64,000 nucleotides of DNA from Candidatus Caldatribacterium sp. (GTDB taxonomy: Bacteria > Atribacterota > Atribacteria > Atribacterales > Caldatribacteriaceae), in the NCBI RefSeq assembly GCF_025060675.1, contig NZ_JANXBI010000036.1; one strand, written 5' to 3'. Numbering within the stretch: position 1 is the stretch's first letter; each line of letters starts with the position of its first letter. Positions 10,686-18,222 of this stretch are shown piece by piece. The notes below the pieces were generated by a model. The model was not told the origin of the DNA. It searched no databases and was given only the letters and a program-made list of their open reading frames with translations. The position numbers were made by a program, and so were the translations under genes.

Positions 10686-11039
10686 ATGGGACGGTTGCAG
10701 CTGCTTTTTGCGCTTTTCCCGTGTCTTCTCCTTGCGGGATGTCGCATCGGCGTAGAGGTTGGCCTTGAGGTTCGCCTTGGGTATGTGACCTTCCGCTCTC
10801 TTGATGCGGCTCTTTCTGGACCTTTTCTCCTTGATGGAAAAAGGGTTGGGTACCTGCCCCCTCTTGGAGCGTTACGCTGCCTTGTGACCCTTGATTTCCC
10901 CCACGAGGTGCGGGTCCTTGCTCCCGCTTGTCCCTCGGGAGTCTGTGTTTTCCGTATCGAGCCACCGCTCCGTTCGGGTGAGGTTATCGAATTGCGTCTT
11001 GCTGAGGCACTCCCCGGCGCTCGCAGAAGGACGCAATAG
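10686..11039 (+). CDS. Small lipoprotein, paralogue of the preceding gene
   Basis: It has a lipobox (LLLAGC) and LLDGKRVGYLPP, which parallels the upstream gene. Its 3' end overlaps the convergent nth gene by 56 nt, so the C-terminus is uncertain. Confidence 0.45.
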   Translation: MGRLQLLFALFPCLLLAGCRIGVEVGLEVRLGYVTFRSLDAALSGPFLLDGKRVGYLPPLGALRCLVTLDFPHEVRVLAPACPSGVCVFRIEPPLRSGEVIELRLAEALPGARRRTQ

Positions 11040-11637
11040 GGCATGTTCCGCAGCGAGGGCGACGAGGAAGGCACACGTTCTGTCCGAAGAGGACGAGGAG
11101 TTTGTTGACCTTCCCCCAGAGGTCTTCGGGGAGAATGGCTTTGAGGGCTTGCTCAGTTGCTTCAGGGGTTTTCGTGGTCACAAGACCCAGGCGGTTGGTG
11201 ATGCGATGCACATGGGTGTCGACACAAATCGCCGGTTTCCCAAAGGCAAGGCTCAGGACAAGGTTCGCTGTTTTCCGTCCTACTCCAGGGAGGGCAAGGA
11301 GGGCTTCTTCGGTTTCGGGAACGTGACCCCCGTGGTGTTCAAGGAGAACACGGGCGATTTCCCGAAGCCTTTTTGCCTTCTCCCGGTAAAACCCCACGGG
11401 GTAGATGAGGCGTGCAAGGTCTTCCTCTGAGAGGGCAAGAAGGTCCTTTGGCCCGCGGATGACTTGGCGAAGGCGCAAGAGAACCCGGTGGGTAGTGGTG
11501 TCCTTGGTGCGGTGGCTCAAGACGCCCCCAAGGAGGACGAAGAAAGGGTCACGGCTCACTTTCCCCACCGTTTCATCTTGCCACTTTTTCGCTTCTTCCT
11601 GTAGAATACGAAAGATGTGGTCGATACGACGTTCCAT
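10984..11637 (-). CDS. nth: Endonuclease III (HhH-GPD DNA glycosylase with Fe-S cluster)
   Basis: It has the HhH motif (LLALPGVGRKTANLVL), the catalytic-Asp region (VDTHVHR) and a C-terminal C-x6-C-x2-C-x5-C motif (CLPRRPRCGTCPIASFC). Confidence 0.9.
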   Translation of the reverse strand: MERRIDHIFRILQEEAKKWQDETVGKVSRDPFFVLLGGVLSHRTKDTTTHRVLLRLRQVIRGPKDLLALSEEDLARLIYPVGFYREKAKRLREIARVLLEHHGGHVPETEEALLALPGVGRKTANLVLSLAFGKPAICVDTHVHRITNRLGLVTTKTPEATEQALKAILPEDLWGKVNKLLVLFGQNVCLPRRPRCGTCPIASFCERRGVPQQDAIR

Positions 11638-11672
11638 GGCTTTATGATACGCAAGGGAAGGGGAGAGGACAA

Positions 11673-13109
11673 GTGAAAGCGCTCGTTTTGGTGGTCTACG
11701 TTGTGGGAATGCTCGCTTTAGGGTGCCTTGCCTCCCGGAGGACGAAAAACCTTGGGGATTTCTTTTTGGCCGGTCGCAACCTCGGCCCCTGGATTTCAGC
11801 CTTTGCCTATGGGACGACGTACTTCAGCGCCGTCCTCTTCATCGGGTATGCGGGGCGTATCGGCTGGGGATTTGGCCTCTCTAGTCTTTCCATTGTCCTT
11901 GGCAACACCCTGGTGGGGTCGCTTCTTGCCTGGGTTGTCCTTGCCCGAAGGACAAGGAAGCTCACCGAAGCTCTGGGGGCTATGACCATGCCAGAGTTTT
12001 TGGAGGCTCGCTACGGGAGCCCGGCGCTTCGTGTTCTTGCCGCTTTCATCATTTTCGTTTTCCTCGTCCCGTACTCTGCTTCGGTGTACATGGGCTTGAG
12101 TTACCTCTTTGACGCGGTGCTTGGTATCCCATACCGGTATGCCCTGGCCTTCATGGCCCTGCTCACTGGTGTGTACCTCCTCATGGGTGGGTACTTGGCG
12201 GTGAACTTTACCGATGCGGTTCAGGGGATGATTATGCTCTTTGGGTCCTTTTTCCTTGTGGGGTACCTCTTGGCCCGTCCTGAGGTTGGGGGGATAGGTG
12301 GGGCCATCACGAAGCTGGCACATCTTGACCCTCGCTTGGTGAGTGCTGTAGGTCCTCCAGGGTTTTGGCCCCTTTTTGGTCTTGTGGTCCTCACAAGCCT
12401 TGGTCCTTGGGGACTACCACAGATGGTCCAGAAGTTCTACGCCATTCGGAATGAGAAGGTGGTGAAGACGGCAACGGTTGTTGCCACCATCTTTGCCTTC
12501 GTCTGCACTTTTGGGGCGTACTTTTCCGGAAGCCTGACGCGCCTTTTCTTTACGGCGCCACCCCTTTCCCCCGAGGGGAAGCCCGATTTGGACCTCCTTA
12601 TGCCCCACCTTGTGGCTTCCGTGATGCCCTCGTCCTTTGCCCTTGTCTTTCTCCTCCTTGTCTTTTCCGCCTCAATGTCCACCCTCTCTTCCCTTGTTCT
12701 TGTCTCCTCTTCGGCGGTCGTTATTGACCTTGTGCCTCCCACAAGCCGCTTGAGGTCGCTCCTTTTCATGCGGGTCCTCTGCGGGCTTTTTGTGGCTTTA
12801 TCCCTCCTTCTTGCCTTGTACCGGGTCTCCTTCATCGTGAACCTCATGTCCATTTCCTGGGGAACGGTGGCAGGGAGTTTCATCGCCCCGTACCTCTGGG
12901 GATTGTACTGGAAGAGGGGAAATAGGTGGGGAGCGTTCGTGAGTCTCCTCACGGGGCTTGGAGTGAGCCTTTTTGGGTCATTCGCTTTAGGGTTTCGGTC
13001 CGCTGCCCTTCCCCTTGTGGGGTCTTTGGCCATGATTGTGCCCCTTGGGGTTTATCCTCTCGTGTCGATACTTACAGGAGGCGAAGAACATGCGAGCGTG
13101 CGTTTTTGA
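11673..13109 (+). CDS. Sodium:solute symporter family (SSF) transporter
   Basis: 478 aa with about 13 TM segments and a GTG start. SSF-like N-terminus: DFFLAGRNLGPWISAFAYGTTYFSAV. The substrate is unknown. Confidence 0.8.
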   Translation: MKALVLVVYVVGMLALGCLASRRTKNLGDFFLAGRNLGPWISAFAYGTTYFSAVLFIGYAGRIGWGFGLSSLSIVLGNTLVGSLLAWVVLARRTRKLTEALGAMTMPEFLEARYGSPALRVLAAFIIFVFLVPYSASVYMGLSYLFDAVLGIPYRYALAFMALLTGVYLLMGGYLAVNFTDAVQGMIMLFGSFFLVGYLLARPEVGGIGGAITKLAHLDPRLVSAVGPPGFWPLFGLVVLTSLGPWGLPQMVQKFYAIRNEKVVKTATVVATIFAFVCTFGAYFSGSLTRLFFTAPPLSPEGKPDLDLLMPHLVASVMPSSFALVFLLLVFSASMSTLSSLVLVSSSAVVIDLVPPTSRLRSLLFMRVLCGLFVALSLLLALYRVSFIVNLMSISWGTVAGSFIAPYLWGLYWKRGNRWGAFVSLLTGLGVSLFGSFALGFRSAALPLVGSLAMIVPLGVYPLVSILTGGEEHASVRF

Positions 13110-14106
13110 GGCAAAGGGTCGCTTCAGCATTCGGGAAGTTCCCACACCCTCCCCAGGTCCTGGGGAAGTGCTCGTTCGGGTAAAGGTTGCGGGAATCTGT
13201 GGTACCGATGTCCACATCCTTCGTGGAGAGTACTTTCAGGACTTTCCCATCGTTGCTGGGCACGAGTTCGCAGGGGAAGTGGTTGCCCTGGGGGAAGGGG
13301 TGGAAGGGTTTTCGGTCGGGGAACGGGTCACGGCGGATCCGAACATTTTCTGTGACCGATGCTACTTCTGCAAAATCAACAAGAACAACCACTGCGTGAA
13401 CTTCGCCGCTTTGGGGGTGACCCGAGATGGGGCCTTTGCCGAGTACGTCACCGTTCCGGCGAAGTGCCTTTTCCCCTTACCCGAAGGGTTGAGCTTTGCC
13501 GAAGGCGCCCTGGCGGAACCTCTGGCCTGTGCGGTCTATGGGGTGCAGCGGAGCCACATACGGCCGGGAGAAAAGGTCCTCATCTTCGGCGCTGGGCCCA
13601 TTGGGCTTTTGCTCCTTTCCCTCTTTCGGGTTTCTGGGGCGTCGCAGGTTGTGGTGGTGGACATAAGCGAGAAAAAGCTTGAGCTGGCCATGAAGCGTGG
13701 TGCCAGTGACGCCCTCCTTGCCGATGGGAAGGAAGGGAAACGTCTCAAGGAAATCGCTCCGTTTGGTTTTGAGGTTGTCGTCGATGCCACAGGTGTTCCT
13801 GAGGTCATGGAGAAAGCCCTTGGGTACGTCGAGCCGGATGGCACCTTCCTCCTTTTTGGCGTGGCGCCTCGGGGGGCTTCCATGCGCCTTGAGCCCTATG
13901 AGGTTTTCCGAAGGGACCTCCGCATTGTGGGGTCTTTTGCGGTGAAAAAGACCATGCAGTATGCCCTGAACCTTTTGGGGAGTGGGGCAGTTGCGGTTCG
14001 AGACCTTGTCTCGTCCCAGTATCCCCTGGAACGCTTTGGGGACGCCTTAGAGGAAGTGCTTACCGGGAAGGATCGTCTGAAGGTCCAGATTGTCTGTGAG
14101 CCTTGA
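13090..14106 (+). CDS. Zn-dependent alcohol/polyol dehydrogenase (threonine/sorbitol dehydrogenase-like MDR)
   Basis: GICGTDVH, GHEFAGEV, a structural-zinc Cys cluster (CDRCYFCKINKNNHC) and a Rossmann motif (IFGAGPIGLL). The ATG at 13090 is preceded by aggagg and overlaps the end of the symporter gene. Confidence 0.85.
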   Translation: MRACVFEAKGRFSIREVPTPSPGPGEVLVRVKVAGICGTDVHILRGEYFQDFPIVAGHEFAGEVVALGEGVEGFSVGERVTADPNIFCDRCYFCKINKNNHCVNFAALGVTRDGAFAEYVTVPAKCLFPLPEGLSFAEGALAEPLACAVYGVQRSHIRPGEKVLIFGAGPIGLLLLSLFRVSGASQVVVVDISEKKLELAMKRGASDALLADGKEGKRLKEIAPFGFEVVVDATGVPEVMEKALGYVEPDGTFLLFGVAPRGASMRLEPYEVFRRDLRIVGSFAVKKTMQYALNLLGSGAVAVRDLVSSQYPLERFGDALEEVLTGKDRLKVQIVCEP

Positions 14107-15106
14107 TTTCCAGTGGCACATCACGAATCGCTGTAACCTCCGGTGCCGTCACTGCTACCAGGAGACCTTCCGGGATGAGGAGCCTCAGAGGCTTTTTCTG
14201 GTGGCTGAGCGGCTCCTTCAGGACCTCAAGGACCTTGGGTACTGGAGTGTCCTCAATGTTACCGGTGGTGAGCCGCTCCTTCTTGGGGAGGACCTCTTTC
14301 GCCTTCTTGAGGTGCTCACCGCACACCCGAGTGTTCTTGAAGTCATGCTCATCACCAACGCTTTGGAGATTCGCCAAAGTACGGTGGTCCAGCTTGCCTC
14401 CTTCCCAAAGCTCACCACCGTAAAGGTTTCCCTTGAGGGCCTGGAGGGGACAAATGACGCCATCCGGGGGAAGGGGGTGTTTCGGAAGGTTCTGCGCGTC
14501 CTCGAGAACCTCTGCGCAAGCCCTCTCCGGGTCGTCCTCATGGTCACCCTCCACAAGGGGAACCTTGGGGAAATCCCAGCCTTTTTCACCTTCTTTCGGG
14601 AGTTTGGAGTGGATGGCATCATTTTTGAGCGGTTCGTCCCTGAGGGTGTGGGCAAGGGTATGGAGCAGGAGGTTCTTGACAAAGACAAATGGCGGGAGTT
14701 CTTGGAGATGCTCTGTAGTCTTTGTGACATGGACCTCCCTCTTGAGGCGCTTCTCCCTTACAAGGCTTTCTGGGTTGAGTTCACAGATGGCGTAAGCCTC
14801 CTTGGAGCACCCTGTAGCCTCGGCGAATCCTTCTGTCTCATGCCCGATGGGACGCTCTTTCCCTGTCGGCGCTTACCCATTCCCCTTGGGAATATCCTCA
14901 GCGAAGGCCTTCGTGGTCTTTTCTCTCATCCGCTCCTTGGGAAGCTCAAGGACCGCCGCTGCCTCAAGGGGAAGTGCGGTGTCTGCACTGTGGGAGGGTG
15001 CCTGGGGTGTCGGGCGATGGCCTATGCGGTCTTTGGGAATCCCTTTGAGGAGGATCCCCAGTGCTTCCTTCAGGAGGTGCGGATTTCAACGACGTCCTTG
15101 TCTTGA
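14090..15106 (+). CDS. Radical SAM enzyme with SPASM/twitch-type C-terminal Cys cluster
   Basis: CNLRCRHCY (CX3CX2C) sits near the N-terminus, with GGEPLL following. The C-terminus carries PDGTLFPC...CGVCTVGGCLGC. It overlaps the ADH stop, with a TTG/GTG start at 14090/14096. Confidence 0.8.
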   Translation: MSVSLDFQWHITNRCNLRCRHCYQETFRDEEPQRLFLVAERLLQDLKDLGYWSVLNVTGGEPLLLGEDLFRLLEVLTAHPSVLEVMLITNALEIRQSTVVQLASFPKLTTVKVSLEGLEGTNDAIRGKGVFRKVLRVLENLCASPLRVVLMVTLHKGNLGEIPAFFTFFREFGVDGIIFERFVPEGVGKGMEQEVLDKDKWREFLEMLCSLCDMDLPLEALLPYKAFWVEFTDGVSLLGAPCSLGESFCLMPDGTLFPCRRLPIPLGNILSEGLRGLFSHPLLGKLKDRRCLKGKCGVCTVGGCLGCRAMAYAVFGNPFEEDPQCFLQEVRISTTSLS

Positions 15107-16104
15107 AGGACGTAGTCAGGTGGAACGAGTTGCCCTGGGAACTTCGTTGACCCCCAAACCCGTGCCCCTCGAAGGTGCGCGAGGAGATCTTTGTGGATAG
15201 CCCCAGCAAGGTCGGCAACCGTGCTCCCCTTCTTGAGGACGAACGGACGCGAGAAATCTGGAGGCTTTCCAGGAGGTTTACTGTAGATACGGATGACCCC
15301 ACTTATGCGGAATAGAGCTGCTTTCACCTTGTCCCGGTGTGGGGCAAAATCCCGTAGGGACACCCCAAGAACGTCGAAACGGTCCCCGTAGAGCTCGGCG
15401 ACTATGGAGAGCTGCTCCTCCGCCTCTTTGTTCTCTACCTTGGAGAGGATAAGGAAAGCAGGAAGAAAATGCCAGGAAGGTGAAGGGAGGGGGAGGGGTT
15501 GCGTTCCGGGGAGGATTTTCCCCTGGGAGAAGAGGTGCAAGGTGTTTTCGATGTCCTCAAGGAGGGTATTGCTTTGGGCGTCGAAGAGGATGACCGCCCC
15601 GTTGCTCCTTCGGAAAGCACTCGCCATGGGACCTTCAAGGGTTGTGCCACTTAAGGGTGGGAAGTCCACAAGCTGAATCTGGATGTCCTCGTAGTCCATC
15701 ATCCCTGGGGTGGGGTAAAAGGTTGTGAAGGGGTACTCGGCGATTTCTGGGCGGGCATTCGTGAGAAGCGAAAGGAGCGTCGATTTCCCAGTGTTTGGAG
15801 GACCGCAGATGATGATTTGCGCAGCACCGCTTTTCTCGATGAGGAAGGGGTCGTGGGCTGCGCCTTTCCGCTTCTCCTGGGCTTGGGCTTTCCGGAGTTT
15901 GGCGATTTTCTGCTTGATTTCAGCCTGGAGCTTTTCCGTCCCCTTGTGCTTGGGGATGACGGCAAGCATTTCCTCCAAGGCCTCGAGTTTCTCCTCAGGT
16001 GTTTTGGCCGCCCGATACCTTGCCTCCACCTCAAAGTACTGTGGTGGGAGATTCGCCGGCATACTCCTCGCCCCTTTTTCATTGTACTCGAAATGTGCTA
16101 TCAT
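15070..16104 (-). CDS. DRG/Rbg-like Obg-family GTPase with C-terminal TGS domain
   Basis: It has an N-terminal helical segment (KHKGTEKLQAEIKQKIAKLRK), G1 (GPPNTGKST), G2 (YPFTT) and a TGS region (IRIYSKPPGKPPDFSRPFVL...IHKDL...ARVWG). An alternative start is the ATG at 16062 (MPANL...). Confidence 0.75.
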   Translation of the reverse strand: MIAHFEYNEKGARSMPANLPPQYFEVEARYRAAKTPEEKLEALEEMLAVIPKHKGTEKLQAEIKQKIAKLRKAQAQEKRKGAAHDPFLIEKSGAAQIIICGPPNTGKSTLLSLLTNARPEIAEYPFTTFYPTPGMMDYEDIQIQLVDFPPLSGTTLEGPMASAFRRSNGAVILFDAQSNTLLEDIENTLHLFSQGKILPGTQPLPLPSPSWHFLPAFLILSKVENKEAEEQLSIVAELYGDRFDVLGVSLRDFAPHRDKVKAALFRISGVIRIYSKPPGKPPDFSRPFVLKKGSTVADLAGAIHKDLLAHLRGARVWGSTKFPGQLVPPDYVLQDKDVVEIRTS

Positions 16105-16162
16105 TAAAAGAAGAAAGCGGAGTCAACAGGGGTTGTGTTTTTTTGGTGTTCGGGGAGGACTT

Positions 16163-16969
16163 ATGAGAATCATTGCTATTGCGAATCAAAAAGGAGGGGT
16201 GGCAAAGACTACAACGTGTATTAACTTGGGAGCGTCACTGGCGTATCATGCCCGGCAGGTGCTCATTATTGATATGGACCCCCAGGCCCACTCGACTCTC
16301 GGCCTTGGGTTTGAGCCCAACGAATTCGACAAGACCATCTTGAACGTCCTTGAGCCCCCAAAAAGCCCGTACCGTTTAGAGCTCAAAGATGTCATCATCC
16401 CCACCCGAACCCCGAATCTCTACCTTGCTCCGGCGAACATCGACCTTGCTGGTGCGGAGTATCGCCTCATTGACAAAATCGGCCGGGAGGATTTCTTGAA
16501 TAGCAGCATCCAGCGAGCGAACCTCTCTTTCGACTACATCCTCATCGACTGCCCACCGTCTTTGGGCATTCTCACCATCAACGCCCTAAAGGCCTGTCGC
16601 GAGGTCATCATTACCATCCAGCCGCACTACTTTGCCCTCCGGGGGATTGAGGAGTTCATGGAGACCTTGGAGCTCATGCGGGAGAACTTAAGACACGACC
16701 CTGAGGTGTACGTCCTCATCACCATTGCCGATACCCGCACCAACCTCTACCGGGAGGTCATTGAGGAGGTCCGGGAGTACTTTGGGGATCGGATGTTTGA
16801 GACAATCATCCATCGGAATATCGCCCTTGCCGAGGCGACGAGTCACGGTATGCCGGTCATTGAGTATGAACCTACGTCCGTGGGGGCTCAGAATTACCTT
16901 GCCTTGGCCAAGGAGGTGATTCGACTTGAAAAAGAAAAGCCTAAAAAGAGGCTTTTCCGAAAGACTTGA
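16163..16969 (+). CDS. ParA/Soj/MinD-superfamily ATPase (orphan, no parB nearby)
   Basis: MRIIAIANQKGGVAKTTT (deviant Walker A), IIDMDPQ and LIDCPPSLG. The upstream part of the track ORF (15725-16162) is antisense to the GTPase gene and was discarded. Confidence 0.85.
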   Translation: MRIIAIANQKGGVAKTTTCINLGASLAYHARQVLIIDMDPQAHSTLGLGFEPNEFDKTILNVLEPPKSPYRLELKDVIIPTRTPNLYLAPANIDLAGAEYRLIDKIGREDFLNSSIQRANLSFDYILIDCPPSLGILTINALKACREVIITIQPHYFALRGIEEFMETLELMRENLRHDPEVYVLITIADTRTNLYREVIEEVREYFGDRMFETIIHRNIALAEATSHGMPVIEYEPTSVGAQNYLALAKEVIRLEKEKPKKRLFRKT

Positions 16970-18221
16970 TTTTAAAAGGGAACTCATTCGAGACACCACA
17001 AAGGGCTTGGATGAGGACGACACGAGCGCCTCTCCCCCAAAGGCTGCAAAGAGCGCTAAGTCAACCCCCAAAAAACCCTCTGAAAAACCCAGAGAACGGA
17101 AGGCTGAAGAGCGCATCGCTACCATTAAAGTTATCGGTGTTGGCGGCGGAGGGAACAACGCCATCAACCATATGATTGAAGCGGGCCTCAACGGTGTGGA
17201 CCTTGTGGCGGTGAACACCGATGTGCAGTCCCTGAAGCGGTCTCTCGCCCCTGAGAAAATCCAGATCGGTTTCAACCTCACCCGTGGTCTAGGCACAGGA
17301 GGGGATCCTCGAATTGGTGAGGAAGCCGCAAAGCAAGACCGGGACAAGCTCCTCCAGGTGGTGGAAGATGCTGATCTCGTCTTCATTGCGGCGTGCATGG
17401 GAGGAGGAACAGGTACCGGTGCCGCACCGGTTATCGCTTCGTTGGCCAAAGAGGCGGGGGCTCTCACCATTGGGGTGGTCACAAAGCCCTTTGGCTTTGA
17501 GGGGGTCAGGCGACGGAATCAGGCTGAAGAGGGCATTCGTAAACTCCAAGAGGTTGTGGATGCCTTAATCGTCATTCCCAACGAACGTCTCCTTGAGGTG
17601 GCAAAAAAGGATACCTCGCTCCAGGAGGCTTTTAAGGTTGCTGATCATGTCCTGTACCAGGCGGTACGGGGCATCACGGACCTCATCACCTCACCTCAAG
17701 ACATCAACCTCGACCTTGCGGATTTGCGTACGGTCCTCAGTGGAGCGGGTATGGTGCTCATCGGGATTGGGAGTGGCCGGGGAAGGGAGAAGGCAAGACA
17801 AGCGGCAGAGGAGGCCATCAACAGCCCCCTCCTTGAAATTTCCGTGAAAGGAGCTCGATCCATCATCCTCAACGTCACCGGTGGTCCTGATATGACCCTC
17901 AACGAGGTCACCGAGATTGTGAATTTCGTCAAGAACGCGGCAGGGACAGAGGTGGATATCCTGTGGGGGTGCAAGGTGGACGAGGCCCTCTCGAACGAAA
18001 TCACTGTAACGGTCATTGCTACCCGCTTTGAGGCGGAAAAGCACGATGAGGAGGCTATACCTCTTTTTGGGGAGAAGGAGGAAGGTATTGAGAGCCGCAT
18101 CATTATCGAAGACGACATCGACATCCCTGCCTTCCTCCGGGAGACGGCCCGAAGAGGCGCTTCTCAGGAACGTCGAGGAGGCGATGGTTTCCCATTTTTT
18201 CGGAAGATGAGGGGGGAGTGA
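16926..18221 (+). CDS. ftsZ: Cell division protein FtsZ with an N-terminal extension of about 65 aa, Lys/Pro/Glu-rich
   Basis: GVGGGGNNAINHM, the tubulin signature GGGTGTGAAPVIA, and the C-terminal peptide DIDIPAFLRE. No in-frame ATG precedes the core. The TTG at 16926 has a consensus SD (aaggaggtga, 16910-16919) inside the 3' end of parA. Confidence 0.9.
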   Translation: MKKKSLKRGFSERLDFKRELIRDTTKGLDEDDTSASPPKAAKSAKSTPKKPSEKPRERKAEERIATIKVIGVGGGGNNAINHMIEAGLNGVDLVAVNTDVQSLKRSLAPEKIQIGFNLTRGLGTGGDPRIGEEAAKQDRDKLLQVVEDADLVFIAACMGGGTGTGAAPVIASLAKEAGALTIGVVTKPFGFEGVRRRNQAEEGIRKLQEVVDALIVIPNERLLEVAKKDTSLQEAFKVADHVLYQAVRGITDLITSPQDINLDLADLRTVLSGAGMVLIGIGSGRGREKARQAAEEAINSPLLEISVKGARSIILNVTGGPDMTLNEVTEIVNFVKNAAGTEVDILWGCKVDEALSNEITVTVIATRFEAEKHDEEAIPLFGEKEEGIESRIIIEDDIDIPAFLRETARRGASQERRGGDGFPFFRKMRGE

Positions 18222-18222
18222 C

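Noticed and set aside
15725-16162. The 5' extension of the parA track ORF, 146 extra N-terminal residues.
   Set aside because: This part is antisense to the DRG-like GTPase gene and has no ParA similarity. The canonical ParA N-terminus (MRIIAIANQKGG) starts at the ATG at 16163, which has an SD (ggggagg) upstream.
16688-17482. A 264-aa minus-strand ORF across the parA/ftsZ junction.
   Set aside because: It is antisense to both genes. Its Ala/Pro/Ser/Arg-rich translation has no motifs.
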